Shown one piece after another: positions 20,650 to 30,872 of a stretch of 64,000 nt of DNA. The position numbers were made by a program, and so were the translations under genes. The stretch is from an uncultured Candidatus Saccharibacteria bacterium (GTDB taxonomy: Bacteria > Patescibacteriota > 4484-211 > JAGQKX01): assembly GCA_964392315.1 (NCBI GenBank), contig CAYMOT010000001.1:285498-349497 (forward strand). Direction: 5' to 3'. Position 1 is the first letter of the stretch; every line of letters starts with the position of its first letter. The notes beneath the pieces were generated by a model that saw only the letters and a list, made by a program, of their open reading frames with translations, ran no database searches and was not told where the DNA came from.

Positions 20650-21117
20650 ATGAGAACAAAACGAGCAAAAATAAGAACAATCAAGCCTGACCAGAAGTAT
20701 AATTCTGCAGTAGTTTCTCGCTTTATTAACATGGTTATGCTCGATGGTAAGAAAACAGTGGCTGCTGATATCGTCTATAAATCACTTGAGAAAGCGGCTG
20801 AGAAGGTTAATGCAGATCCACAAATTGTATTAGACGAAGTGCTAAAGAACGTGTCCCCAACCCTCGAAGTTCGTTCGCGCCGAGTTGGAGGGGCGACGTA
20901 CCAGGTTCCCGCGCCAGTCAGAGTAGAAAGAAAACAAATGCTCTCATTCCGTTGGCTTATCAATGCAGCACGTGCTCGTAGTGGCAGTGATATGGTGACA
21001 CGCCTGTCGCAAGAATTGGTGGACGCGTATAACCAAGAAGGGGAAGCTATTAAAATGAAGAACAATGTACATAAAATGGCAGAGGCAAATCGCGCGTTTG
21101 CACATTTCAAGTGGTAA
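20650..21117 (+). CDS. rpsG: 30S ribosomal protein S7
   Basis: It contains VSPTLEVRSRRVGGATYQVP ... NNVHKMAEANRAFAHFKW. Confidence 0.93.
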   Translation: MRTKRAKIRTIKPDQKYNSAVVSRFINMVMLDGKKTVAADIVYKSLEKAAEKVNADPQIVLDEVLKNVSPTLEVRSRRVGGATYQVPAPVRVERKQMLSFRWLINAARARSGSDMVTRLSQELVDAYNQEGEAIKMKNNVHKMAEANRAFAHFKW

Positions 21118-21129
21118 AAGTAACACTAT

Positions 21130-23232
21130 ATGAGTCAGGAAACCAAACACTATCCAATTGAAAAAATCAGAAATATTGGCATTATTGCCCATATAGACGC
21201 AGGTAAGACAACCAGTACCGAGCGGGTACTCTATTACACCGGCCGAACATATAAGATCGGTGAAGTGCACGAAGGTCAGGCAACTATGGACTGGATGGAG
21301 CAAGAACAGGAGCGCGGTATTACAATCACCTCGGCAGCCACTACAACCTTTTGGAACGACCACCGTATTAACATTATTGATACCCCAGGCCACCTTGATT
21401 TTACTGCAGAGGTAGAGCGCTCGCTCAGAGTCCTTGATGGTGCGGTCATGATCTTTGATGCGGAAGAGGGTGTGCAGTCCCAGACTGAAACGGTCTCCAG
21501 GCAGGCAGATAAGTATGGGGTGCCGCGTATACTCTTTGTCAATAAAATGGACAAGCTAGGAGCAAATTACTTTAACACCCTCGAGGAAATTCGTCAGCGT
21601 TTGGGAGTCCCGGCGGTCGCGTACAACATTCCGATTGGTGCTGAAAATGATTTTATTGGTGTGGTTGATTTGCTGACGCAGGAAGCTATTGTCTGGAAAG
21701 ACGAGACCCTTGGTGCGGAATTTGAAAAAAGAGAGATCCCGGATGATTTAAAAGAAAAAGCAGTAGCGTTGCGTGAAGAGCTTGTTGAAAAAATTGCAGA
21801 ACAAGATGATGCACTTTTGGAAAAGTATCTTGGTGGAGAGGAAATTGCCCTTGATGAACTGAAGAAAGTAATGCGAAAGGCAGTAGTAAACCTACAGATT
21901 GTGCCGGTACTTGCTGGATCATCACTCCGGAATAAAGGGGTGCAACCGCTTTTGGATGCTGTGGTCGAGTATCTACCTTCTCCTGCGGATGTCCCATCGG
22001 TTACCGGTATTGTCCCCGGTACCGAGGAGACTGTTACACGAACTCCAGATGTAAACGAGCCCTTTACGGCGCTTGTGTTTAAAGTACAAACTGATCCTTA
22101 TGTAGGAAGACTTGCATATTTCCGTGTGTATGCAGGTAAAGTCTCAGTCGGCGATACTGTACTTAACGTGAATCGCGACGATTCTCAACGGATGGGAAGA
22201 ATGGTGCTGATGCATGCTAATCACCGCGAAGAAGTAAGAGATTTGCAGGCAGGAGAAATTGGTGCGGCTGTTGGCCTAAAAGATGCGTCAACCGGCCAGA
22301 CATTATGCGATCCAAACCACCCAGTGCACTTGGAAGAGATAACATTTCCGGAACCAGTTATCTCGTTATCGATTGAACCTCAATCCAAGTCAGATCGTGA
22401 TAAGCTTGGAGAGTCTCTCAGGAAGTTACAGGAGGAAGATCCCACTTTTGTGTTGCGTACGGATGAAGACACTGGTCAAGTGCTCATTTCAGGCATGGGT
22501 GAGCTTCATCTAGAGATCATGGTTGATCGATTAAAGCGTGAATTTGGCGTGGGGGTTAATGTTGGTCGGCCGCAAGTTGCCTACCGCGAAACTATTGCCG
22601 CTACCATTGATAAACATGAAGGTAAATATATTAAACAAAGTGGTGGACGCGGACAATATGGACACGTGGTTATTAAGATTGAGCCACTTGAGCGGGGTAC
22701 GGGACGTGAATTTGTTAATGCGATCAAAGGTGGAGCAATTCCAAATGAATATATACCCGCGGTAGAAAAAGGTATTTATGAGGCACTCGACAATGGAGTC
22801 ATTGCTGGATATCCACTGACTGATGTTAAGGTAACCCTCTTTGACGGTTCGTACCATGATGTTGACTCGTCTGAAATTGCATTTAAGATTGCTGGCTCCA
22901 TGGCCGCACGTGAAGCATCAAAATTAGCGAAGCCCACATTGTTAGAACCAATTATGCAACTTGAAGTTGTCACGCCTGAAGAATTTATGGGAGATGTCAT
23001 GGGAGATCTTGGTAGCAAACGGGGTCAGGTAGAGCAAAGCACTCCTCGAGGGAATGCGCGTATCATTGATGCAAAGGTGCCGCTCGCAGAAATGTTTGGC
23101 TACGCAACATCACTGCGTAGCATGACGCAAGGGCGTGCAACCTTTAGTATGGTACCATCACACTATCAGGAAGTGCCGGTTCGGATAGCTGAAGAAGTCG
23201 TAGCAGGAATGAAGCGTGAAGCAGCGGGCTAA
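21130..23232 (+). CDS. fusA: Elongation factor G
   Basis: G-domain motifs are present ([18 protein letters not shown]), the length is 700 aa and EF-G domains II to V are present. Confidence 0.96.
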   Translation: MSQETKHYPIEKIRNIGIIAHIDAGKTTSTERVLYYTGRTYKIGEVHEGQATMDWMEQEQERGITITSAATTTFWNDHRINIIDTPGHLDFTAEVERSLRVLDGAVMIFDAEEGVQSQTETVSRQADKYGVPRILFVNKMDKLGANYFNTLEEIRQRLGVPAVAYNIPIGAENDFIGVVDLLTQEAIVWKDETLGAEFEKREIPDDLKEKAVALREELVEKIAEQDDALLEKYLGGEEIALDELKKVMRKAVVNLQIVPVLAGSSLRNKGVQPLLDAVVEYLPSPADVPSVTGIVPGTEETVTRTPDVNEPFTALVFKVQTDPYVGRLAYFRVYAGKVSVGDTVLNVNRDDSQRMGRMVLMHANHREEVRDLQAGEIGAAVGLKDASTGQTLCDPNHPVHLEEITFPEPVISLSIEPQSKSDRDKLGESLRKLQEEDPTFVLRTDEDTGQVLISGMGELHLEIMVDRLKREFGVGVNVGRPQVAYRETIAATIDKHEGKYIKQSGGRGQYGHVVIKIEPLERGTGREFVNAIKGGAIPNEYIPAVEKGIYEALDNGVIAGYPLTDVKVTLFDGSYHDVDSSEIAFKIAGSMAAREASKLAKPTLLEPIMQLEVVTPEEFMGDVMGDLGSKRGQVEQSTPRGNARIIDAKVPLAEMFGYATSLRSMTQGRATFSMVPSHYQEVPVRIAEEVVAGMKREAAG

Positions 23233-23330
23233 TGAGTATTATAAAGCAATAGATAAATGACGAATCTGCATATTGGTCATTTGATTATTGGTTTATTTGC
23301 AACTATTCTTTAGAAGGGTGGTGAAAATAC

Positions 23331-24515
23331 ATGGCAAAAGAAACATTTGTACGCGACAAGGAACACGTAAATATTGGAACAATCGGTCACGTTGATCATG
23401 GTAAAACAACGTTGACTGCTTCTATTACCAAAGTGTTGCACGATATGGGCATGTCTGAATACGTGCCTTTCGAAAACATTGATAACTCTCCAGAAGAACG
23501 AGAGCGAGGTATCACCATTAACATTACTCACGTTGAGTATTCAACTGAGAAGCGCCACTATGCGCACGTCGATGCACCTGGTCACGAAGACTACATTAAG
23601 AACATGATCACTGGTGCTGCACAAATGGACGGTGCGATTTTGGTTGTTTCCGCAGCTGATGGTCCGATGCCACAAACTCGTGAACATATTCTACTTGCAC
23701 GTCAGGTTAATGTTCCTAAACTTGTTGTATTTATGAACAAGATGGACATGGTTGATGATCCTGAGCTTGCCGATTTGGTTGAAGTAGAGATTCGTGAACT
23801 TCTCAGCAAGTATGAGTATCCTGGGGATGAGGTTCCAATTATTCGTGGCTCCGCACTAAAAGCGCTCGAAGGTGATGCAGAAGCTGCAGAATCAATAAAG
23901 AAGCTGATGCAGGCAGTCGATGATTATATTGATATGCCGGTTCGTGAGGTTGATAAACCATTCTTGATGCCGGTCGAAGACGTGTTCTCTATTGAAGGAC
24001 GTGGAACTGTTGCGACTGGCCGTATTGAGACTGGTGTTGTAAAGGTTGGAGAAGAAATTGAAATCGTTGGTATTGTTGATGACAAAAAGAAAACAGTGGT
24101 CACTGGTGTTGAAATGTTTAGAAAAACACTCGAACAAGGACAAGCTGGTGACAACGTTGGTATCCTACTTCGTGGTATTGGCCATGAAGATATTCAACGA
24201 GGACAAGTACTTTCCAAACCCGGTTCGGTCAACCCGCACACGGAATTTGAAGCTGAAGTATATATTCTCAAGCAAGAGGAAGGTGGACGTCACACTCCAT
24301 TCTTTAGTGGATACCGTCCACAGTTTTACTTGAGAACGACTGACGTTACGGGCGAGGTTACCTTGGCTGAAGGAACCGAAATGGTAATGCCTGGGGATAA
24401 TGTGACATTTAAGGTCAAACTGATTCAACCAGTTGCTCTTAATGACGGACTACGCTTTGCGATTCGTGAAGGTGGGCACACAGTTGGTGCAGGAGTTATT
24501 ACCAAGGTAGTGTAA
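23331..24515 (+). CDS. tuf: Elongation factor Tu
   Basis: Motifs [14 protein letters not shown] and NKMD are present and the length is 394 aa. A strong ribosome-binding site (GAAGGGTGGTGA) lies upstream. Confidence 0.97.
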   Translation: MAKETFVRDKEHVNIGTIGHVDHGKTTLTASITKVLHDMGMSEYVPFENIDNSPEERERGITINITHVEYSTEKRHYAHVDAPGHEDYIKNMITGAAQMDGAILVVSAADGPMPQTREHILLARQVNVPKLVVFMNKMDMVDDPELADLVEVEIRELLSKYEYPGDEVPIIRGSALKALEGDAEAAESIKKLMQAVDDYIDMPVREVDKPFLMPVEDVFSIEGRGTVATGRIETGVVKVGEEIEIVGIVDDKKKTVVTGVEMFRKTLEQGQAGDNVGILLRGIGHEDIQRGQVLSKPGSVNPHTEFEAEVYILKQEEGGRHTPFFSGYRPQFYLRTTDVTGEVTLAEGTEMVMPGDNVTFKVKLIQPVALNDGLRFAIREGGHTVGAGVITKVV

Positions 24516-24602
24516 TACAGTGGAATCATACCCAGCACCTTTGCATGGGGTTGTTCGATTGAGAGGCAGCATGCCACGAACAACTCCATCAAAAGGTTCT
24601 GG

Positions 24603-24630
24603 TTGACAAATCAACAAATCAGTATAGAAT
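24603..24630 (+). promoter_or_regulatory. Near-consensus sigma70 promoter: TTGACA, 16-nt spacer, TAGAAT, upstream of rpsJ
   Basis: ttgaca at 24603-24608 and tagaat at 24625-24630, about 46 nt before the rpsJ ATG. Confidence 0.5.
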
Positions 24631-24676
24631 GGTGGAGAAATTACCAATTACACAATAATTGGTTAATTAATCACTA

Positions 24677-24985
24677 ATGCCAAAAGGACGCATCCGGGTA
24701 CGTTTAAAAAGCTTTGACTACAAAGTCTTAGATCAAGCAGCAATTGAAATTGTTGATACCGCACTTAGAACGGGAGCTCAAGTAGTTGGGCCAATCCCAT
24801 TGCCCGTTAAGCGTGAACTCTTTACGGTCATTCGTGGTCCCCATATCGATAAAAAAAGTCAAGAAAGTTTTGAACGCCGTACCCATAAGCGTATTGTCGA
24901 TATACATGAACCCACTGCACAAACCCTTGATCAGTTATCAAACCTCGATCTTCCTGCTGGTGTCTCTGTAGAAATTAAAATGTAA
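24677..24985 (+). CDS. rpsJ: 30S ribosomal protein S10
   Basis: The sequence reads [19 protein letters not shown] ... [39 protein letters not shown]. Confidence 0.95.
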   Translation: MPKGRIRVRLKSFDYKVLDQAAIEIVDTALRTGAQVVGPIPLPVKRELFTVIRGPHIDKKSQESFERRTHKRIVDIHEPTAQTLDQLSNLDLPAGVSVEIKM

Positions 24986-25062
24986 GCACAGTCTTTGGTA
25001 GTTCCCACAAGATACCCATTTATAAGAATCGCTATTCTCCCTAGTATATGTGCTGAAATGTC

Positions 25063-26526
25063 TTGTGTGCTATTATTGCGTGCATGATTAGCGTAAAGCA
25101 TCTTTATAAGTCAATGCCAACGGGACCTTTGTTAGAAGATATCTCATTTGTTATAGGAAATAAGGAAAAGGTTGGCCTGTTGGGGCAAAACGGGTGTGGA
25201 AAGTCAACCTTACTCAAAGTTTTGATAGGAGTGGAAGACTATGACTCTGGAACTGTGTCTATTGAGAACGAAGTGGTAGCGTATTTACCGCAGCTCTTTG
25301 AGCAACCAGAAAGTAGCGTGAGAGAGTTCGGTAGGCTTTTATTGCAGGACAAAGCGTATGAATTTGAAAGACAACTCTCTCGACTAGGGTTGCCCGAAGC
25401 TTCTTGGGATATTGCAATTTCAAACTTAAGCAGTGGCCAGAGAATGCGTGTGAAACTTGCAGAACTCTTGGTTGATAACCCTTCTGTTCTCATACTCGAT
25501 GAGCCAACAAATCATCTAGATATAGAAGGGATTCAATGGATTGAGGCTTTTGTGAAATCATTTGGTGGGATCGTTATACTTGTTTCCCATGATCGGGCAT
25601 TCTTAGACGCCGTATGTACTCATATTTTTGAAATTGACGAGAAGCAGCTACTGATATTTCCTGGTAATTACACTGACTATAAAACACTGAAACAACAGTG
25701 GATCGAGGAACGAGAAAAGACCTACAAGCGTCAGGAGCAAAAACGGAAGCAGTTGGCTACGCTTATAGAAAACGCCAGGAGGTTGCAGGGTGGTAAAGCA
25801 CGAGGTAAGGCGGTCAGGGCTGCCAAGAAGCGGATGGAACGAGAAGTTCTGCGTAGCGAGGTGGGCAGGTATAAACTTGATGTGATTACGCAGATTTCTT
25901 TCTCCGGTACAACTCACACAGGCAAGTTAATGCTTCAAGTAGATGGCATACAAAAGAGCTTTGAGAAGGCCAACGTGCTGAATGATGTTTCTTTTGAATT
26001 GCGTGGCAATGAAAGAGCATGGCTATATGGTGCAAACGGTGCCGGCAAATCTACGCTGTTGAATCTCATTTCTGGAATAGTAGTACCGACTGAAGGGGAA
26101 GTGGTTATTGGTCACAATGTGAGGTGGGGATACTTCCGACAGAATCAAGAACATTTACCATTTGATGAGACGGTCGAAACGTTTTTTCGCAATCAAGCTG
26201 GCATCTCAGACTATCGACTATACGGTATATTGAAAAAATATTTGTTCCCGCAGGAATACCTGTCACGGAAAATCGGGACATTAAGCCCGGGAGAGCGTGC
26301 GCGGCTGGGTTTTGCCGTATTTACCCAACAAAACCTGGATTTGCTCATTCTTGATGAACCGACCAATCATTTGGATATATGGACTAAGGAAGCAATAGAA
26401 GGGTCACTGCGAGAATTTGAAGGAGGGATTTTATTGGTGTCTCATGATCGGTATTTCGTTGAGAATGTAGGTGTGGATACAGTATATCACCTCAAAAATG
26501 GTACGCTTACAAAATTGCTCACTTGA
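25063..26526 (+). CDS. ABC-F family ATPase: two ABC cassettes and no TM domain (EttA/Uup-like)
   Basis: There are two Walker A motifs (GQNGCGKST; GANGAGKST) and two signature/Walker B sets (LSSGQRMRV, ILDEPTNHLD; LSPGERARL, ILDEPTNHLD), with a charged KRQEQKRKQ linker between the cassettes. The likely start is ATG 25087. Confidence 0.75.
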   Translation: MCAIIACMISVKHLYKSMPTGPLLEDISFVIGNKEKVGLLGQNGCGKSTLLKVLIGVEDYDSGTVSIENEVVAYLPQLFEQPESSVREFGRLLLQDKAYEFERQLSRLGLPEASWDIAISNLSSGQRMRVKLAELLVDNPSVLILDEPTNHLDIEGIQWIEAFVKSFGGIVILVSHDRAFLDAVCTHIFEIDEKQLLIFPGNYTDYKTLKQQWIEEREKTYKRQEQKRKQLATLIENARRLQGGKARGKAVRAAKKRMEREVLRSEVGRYKLDVITQISFSGTTHTGKLMLQVDGIQKSFEKANVLNDVSFELRGNERAWLYGANGAGKSTLLNLISGIVVPTEGEVVIGHNVRWGYFRQNQEHLPFDETVETFFRNQAGISDYRLYGILKKYLFPQEYLSRKIGTLSPGERARLGFAVFTQQNLDLLILDEPTNHLDIWTKEAIEGSLREFEGGILLVSHDRYFVENVGVDTVYHLKNGTLTKLLT

Positions 26527-26580
26527 CATCACGCTTAATGTAAAATATAAGCATATATATATCATCAGGGAGGTGAGACA

Positions 26581-27459
26581 ATGAGAAACAATCATAAACT
26601 ATGTTTGTGGCGAAAGACAACGCGCTACCTTCTCTGTATTCTTACCGTTAACGTCTCCCTCCTTGGTGTATTTGTTAATACTGCATCGGCGGATACCGTG
26701 ATTTTTCAAGATGATTTTGAGGATACTACGTTAAATGCTTGGATTATCCAGCCGACGGAGACATGGACCAACAGTGTATCCAATGCCCATTCAGGTACCC
26801 GAAAGGCACGTGTGTCAGGAAATGTGGAAGGGGCAGTACTCCGAAGAGATCTTTCAACCACCGGATTTACTAATGTAACAGTGACGTTTTGGCACGATAC
26901 AAATACCGGTTGGGACTCACAAGATCTGCTTGAATTGCAGTGGACGTTAAATGGGGGAAGTACATGGAATACGGTGGTGACGCTAGATGGAGATGATCTG
27001 ACACCATCTATAGAAGGTGCCGCTGAGTGGATAGAGCATACAGTAGTGTTGGGTACGGAAGCAAGCAATGCCGCTACTTTAGGAATTCGGTTTGTTGCAA
27101 CAATTAGTGGCGCAAGCGACATTATGTACATAGATGATGTGCAAGTAAGAGGAACAAGTACTACGCCGGTGACGCCAACTCCGACCGTAACGGTGACACC
27201 AACTCCACCTATTGCGGTGACTCCAACGCAGTCCGTAACGCCGACTATTCAGCCAACTACAATGCCAACACCTACTCCTACAAAAGCACCTACACCAACA
27301 GTTGCACCTACGGTGATGGCAACCCCGACAGCTACGCCAACGCCATTACCTGATAACGAGAATCAGGGATCATCGTTGACGTTGATTAAGCAACTGCTAA
27401 AGTTGTTGCTTAGACTATTGTTCACACGTACATTCAGTCTATTCTGGCACCTTACATAA
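26581..27459 (+). CDS. Secreted protein with a beta-rich N-terminal domain, a Pro/Thr-rich linker and a hydrophobic C-terminus
   Basis: An N-terminal signal-like helix is followed by a roughly 150-aa Trp/Thr-rich domain, then a PT repeat tract (TPTPTVTVTPTPPIAVTPTQSVTPTIQPTTMPTPTPTKAPTPTVAPTV...). The C-terminus reads LLKLLLRLLF. Confidence 0.4.
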   Translation: MRNNHKLCLWRKTTRYLLCILTVNVSLLGVFVNTASADTVIFQDDFEDTTLNAWIIQPTETWTNSVSNAHSGTRKARVSGNVEGAVLRRDLSTTGFTNVTVTFWHDTNTGWDSQDLLELQWTLNGGSTWNTVVTLDGDDLTPSIEGAAEWIEHTVVLGTEASNAATLGIRFVATISGASDIMYIDDVQVRGTSTTPVTPTPTVTVTPTPPIAVTPTQSVTPTIQPTTMPTPTPTKAPTPTVAPTVMATPTATPTPLPDNENQGSSLTLIKQLLKLLLRLLFTRTFSLFWHLT

Positions 27460-27477
27460 AAGTTTTAGCTGTCCGTG

Positions 27478-27508
27478 AAGCCCTCCTGACATTACGTCGG
27501 AGGGCTTC
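27478..27508 (+). terminator. Strong stem-loop just 3' of the PT-rich gene. It has no T-tract and is followed by TGTATAAT.
   Basis: GAAGCCCTCC(T)GAC pairs with GTCGGAGGGCTTC, a stem of about 13 bp. An extended -10-like tgtataat lies at 27509-27516. Confidence 0.3.
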
Positions 27509-27883
27509 TGTATAATAGGACGATACAGGATTTATTGATTTTGGCGATATTAGATCAACCGATGTCTATTACGATCTGGCACATTTTCAGATATATGATC
27601 CTGTTTTCTTCCCGTTCTTGTTACATGGGTATAATTCAAAAGTCACTTTGCCTACTGATTCAAACATGAGACTTGCAATAACAAAATTCTTTATAGCGAT
27701 TCATGGAGTTGCTTAGACTGCAGTTCACCAGAAATACTCTCACGATCAGTTACTGAGACACCCGAACTGTATGGCACTAAAAGAAGGAATGTTCTTATAA
27801 AATAAGTAGATGAAAGGCTTTTGTTGATTGGAGACTTACCTTAAGCCATGCATATCTTAGTAAGATTAAAAAAATGGTACTGG

Positions 27884-28345
27884 TTATATAAGCGGTTGTA
27901 CCACATATCCTAGTACATCAAAATCAGGATGCCATATTTCTAACATATCATTCGAGAATTCTCGGATCCAGGGCGATGTATCTAACCACTTACGCTTGAA
28001 GTCGGCGAAATATGGAATTTCATAATCTCCGCATCCAACTTGTAACCTATATGGATCAATAATCCGTATTCCCACGTACTTTACAGCATGCTCCCGAATC
28101 TCTTTGTTTACTTTCACATACGAGCTTGTCTCGGAATTGAAAGGTGCAGGTGATCCCATGTGATTTATAAGAGTAAGCAAATATTCGTATTCGTCAGGGT
28201 AGTGAGCAAACAACTTAAGCGTTGTAATTGGGAGTTTGGTTTGAAACAGTTGTTGCGACATTGTATCCAACTTTATTGTTATGTACGTAATAGCTTCGTT
28301 GAAACTTTTTTCACTCGTAATAGGGCTAAATCTATAGAAGTTCAT
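27884..28345 (-). CDS. Hypothetical protein of 153 aa with no recognisable motifs
   Basis: It is the only long ORF in this interval and the only minus-strand gene inside the ribosomal superoperon region. Its function cannot be assigned from sequence. Confidence 0.3.
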   Translation of the reverse strand: MNFYRFSPITSEKSFNEAITYITIKLDTMSQQLFQTKLPITTLKLFAHYPDEYEYLLTLINHMGSPAPFNSETSSYVKVNKEIREHAVKYVGIRIIDPYRLQVGCGDYEIPYFADFKRKWLDTSPWIREFSNDMLEIWHPDFDVLGYVVQPLI

Positions 28346-28544
28346 AATGCCTTTAAATTATAACCTAAGGTAACAATGTGGCAAAAAATCTGTGTTTTGG
28401 TCTAGCACCGGTATTAATTGCTTGCGTATATAACAGTGCTTTGTTACAATTGGCCCCAGCAATGAGAATACGAGCAATACGGTATTCAAATAGCTAATGT
28501 TGCATGGGGCTTATAAACGCAACCTCTTAGGATAAAAAAGAGAA

Positions 28545-28572
28545 AGCGGGGTAAGTACCCCGTTATTTTTTT
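28545..28572 (+). terminator. Rho-independent terminator-like or attenuator hairpin immediately upstream of rplC
   Basis: GCGGGGT / ACCCCGT stem of about 7-8 bp with an AAGT loop, followed by ATTTTTTT. It abuts the rplC start. Confidence 0.45.
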
Positions 28573-28576
28573 GCAT

Positions 28577-29044
28577 ATGCACAAACAACTTACCGGTACA
28601 AAAAAGCACATGACCCAACTCTTTAAAGATGATGGAACAGTAGTTCCGGTAACTGTCATAAAAGTTACTGAGGCAGATGATTGGGAAGCGATAACGATAG
28701 GGTCGTCTGTGGTGGTCTCAGGAACCTCTAAGGGGAAAGGATTTGCTGGTGCGGTAAAGCGGTATAGTTTTGCAGGTGGGCCAAAGACTCATGGACAGAG
28801 TGACCGTCAGCGTGCGGTAGGGTCAATTGGTGCCGGAACAGACCCAGGAAGAGTATGGAAAGGGCAGAAAATGCCAGGGCGAATGGGAGCGAAGCGTATT
28901 ACGGTTAAAGGGTTACGTGTAGAGCAAATTGATCTAGAACACGGACTAATATATTTGAAAGGTGCGGTGCCTGGTGGACCAAAAAGTGAGCTTACGATTA
29001 CATTTGAGGCAGTCGATGACGCAAAGGAGAGCGTCAATTTATAA
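28577..29044 (+). CDS. rplC: 50S ribosomal protein L3, reduced form
   Basis: It has KKHMTQLF ... VPVTVIKV ... SGTSKGKGFAGAVKRYSF ... KMPGRMGAKRITV ... IYLKGAVPGG. It lacks about 50 aa of the central region found in E. coli L3. The track start 28571 is a TTG; ATG 28577 is preferred. Confidence 0.85.
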   Translation: MHKQLTGTKKHMTQLFKDDGTVVPVTVIKVTEADDWEAITIGSSVVVSGTSKGKGFAGAVKRYSFAGGPKTHGQSDRQRAVGSIGAGTDPGRVWKGQKMPGRMGAKRITVKGLRVEQIDLEHGLIYLKGAVPGGPKSELTITFEAVDDAKESVNL

Positions 29045-29049
29045 CACAT

Positions 29050-29679
29050 ATGGCAGATATAAAAATGCTTTCAATTGATGGAGCTGATGCGGGAACGGTT
29101 GCGGTCCCTGATGAGGTTTTTGCAGTGCCCGTTAATCATGATTTAATTGCTCAGGCAATTTATGTACGGCTACAAAATGCACGCTTAGCAACACGTAAAA
29201 CTAAAGATCGAGGAGAAGTTCGTGGTGGTGGCGCTAAGCCTTGGCGTCAAAAAGGTACTGGCCGTGCACGACATGGAAGTACGCGTTCACCTATTTGGAG
29301 AGGCGGCGGCCATGTGCATGCACTTCGCCCTGGAGTTCATAATGTTACGATTTCAAAAGCGATGCGAAGAGGAGCTTTGGTGTCTTCACTGTCAGGCAAA
29401 CATGCTCAAGGTGATGTGTTGGTTGTGCAAGGTCTGGCATATGAAAAACCACAGACAAAGACTGCCAAGAAAACGCTTGCAGCAATAACTGATAAGCAGA
29501 AAGCGCTTTTGGTTACAGCAGACAAAGATACTGCTGTTAAAAAATCTTTTCAGAATATACCCGGTACTAAGGTACGTGAGGCGCGCTTACTGCATGCATA
29601 TGAAATAGTCTGGAGTGATGTGGTCATTTTTACAAAAGAAGGGTTGGACGCTTTCTTAGGAGGAGTTGTCAAAGATTAA
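29050..29679 (+). CDS. rplD: 50S ribosomal protein L4
   Basis: It contains GGGAKPWRQKGTGRARHGSTRSPIWRGGG. Confidence 0.92.
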   Translation: MADIKMLSIDGADAGTVAVPDEVFAVPVNHDLIAQAIYVRLQNARLATRKTKDRGEVRGGGAKPWRQKGTGRARHGSTRSPIWRGGGHVHALRPGVHNVTISKAMRRGALVSSLSGKHAQGDVLVVQGLAYEKPQTKTAKKTLAAITDKQKALLVTADKDTAVKKSFQNIPGTKVREARLLHAYEIVWSDVVIFTKEGLDAFLGGVVKD

Positions 29680-29680
29680 T

Positions 29681-30013
29681 ATGGAACTTGCACAAATCTT
29701 AAAAAAACCAATAGTAACCGAAAAGTCATTGAACCGGATGAAGGACAACCATTATTCATTCGAAGTCCATTCGCAGGCGACAAAGTTTGATGTAGCACGT
29801 GCGGTAGGGTCACTCTTTAATGTTACGGTGTACAAAGTCAAAATGCTTAATCGGAAAGGGAAGCTCAAGAGGGTGTTTCGCAAACGGCAAATGACACAGA
29901 CAGCGGACAAAAAAATAGCAATTGTGACAATTGATCCGAAACAATCAATTGATATCTTTTCGGAATTTAATACAGAAGCGGTTGAGGAGAATTTATCTGA
30001 TTCAAAGAAATAG
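29681..30013 (+). CDS. rplW: 50S ribosomal protein L23
   Basis: It has ILKKPIVTEKS ... YSFEVHSQATKFDVARAV. The start was moved to ATG 29681, just after the rplD stop. Confidence 0.88.
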   Translation: MELAQILKKPIVTEKSLNRMKDNHYSFEVHSQATKFDVARAVGSLFNVTVYKVKMLNRKGKLKRVFRKRQMTQTADKKIAIVTIDPKQSIDIFSEFNTEAVEENLSDSKK

Positions 30014-30016
30014 AAT

Positions 30017-30865
30017 ATGGCACGCACAAATCTTATAAAAGTTAAGCGATATAAACCAACAAGTGCAGGAATTCGGCATCAGGTTTCTCTGGACGCGAGC
30101 GCAGTCTTGACGTCGAAACGGCCCGAAAAGTCCCTGGTCCAGCGTTTGCCCAAAAAATCTGGACGATCACGTGGTAAAATCACCGTGCGTCACCGCGGGG
30201 GAGGCCATAAGCGTCTGTATCGAGTAATAGATTTTAAGAGAGACAAATACGATGCACCTGCAGAAGTAATTGCGATCGAATATGACCCGAATCGCTCAGC
30301 GCACTTAGCACTGCTTGCGTATGAGGACGGAGAGCGTCGATATATTTTGTGGCCTGAAGGGCTTTCTGTTGGAGATACTGTTATTGCCGCAAAAAAAGTG
30401 TCAGTAAATCCTGGAAATGCGTCACCCCTTAAGTCTATTCCTTTGGGAACATTGGTTCATAATATTGAAACAGTGCCTGGCAAAGGCGGCCAACTTGTTC
30501 GGTCGGCAGGGGCAGGAGCTACACTTATGGGGCGTGACAAAGGGCTCGCACAGCTTCGAATGCCGAGTGGCGAGATACGGTTAATTCCTGAGGAGGCATG
30601 GGCTACTATTGGCACACTTGGTAATGCAGAGCATGGTCTGATCAAATTAGGTAAGGCGGGAAGACGACGCAATTTGGGTTGGCGACCTGCGGTTAGAGGA
30701 ACTGCTATGTCTGCGGGGGATCATCCGCATGGAGGAGGAGAAGGGCGGACTGGTGCAGGGCGTCCTTCAAAGACAGTATATGGTAAGCCTGCACATGGTA
30801 AGAAAACGCGCAAACCAAAGAATAAAACAAATCGACTTATTATTGCTCGTCGCAATAAAAGGTAA
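30017..30865 (+). CDS. rplB: 50S ribosomal protein L2
   Basis: It contains [13 protein letters not shown] and [14 protein letters not shown]. Confidence 0.95.
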   Translation: MARTNLIKVKRYKPTSAGIRHQVSLDASAVLTSKRPEKSLVQRLPKKSGRSRGKITVRHRGGGHKRLYRVIDFKRDKYDAPAEVIAIEYDPNRSAHLALLAYEDGERRYILWPEGLSVGDTVIAAKKVSVNPGNASPLKSIPLGTLVHNIETVPGKGGQLVRSAGAGATLMGRDKGLAQLRMPSGEIRLIPEEAWATIGTLGNAEHGLIKLGKAGRRRNLGWRPAVRGTAMSAGDHPHGGGEGRTGAGRPSKTVYGKPAHGKKTRKPKNKTNRLIIARRNKR

Positions 30866-30872
30866 GTAATTT

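Noticed and set aside
27170-27360. A repetitive region, considered as a possible CRISPR array or tandem repeat
   Set aside because: The repeats are imperfect ACN CCN codon repeats encoding a Pro/Thr linker within an intact ORF. There are no direct repeats with unique spacers, and no cas genes anywhere in the window.
28160-28363. A 67-aa plus-strand ORF
   Set aside because: It is antisense to the 153-aa minus-strand gene and shows no features. It is likely spurious.
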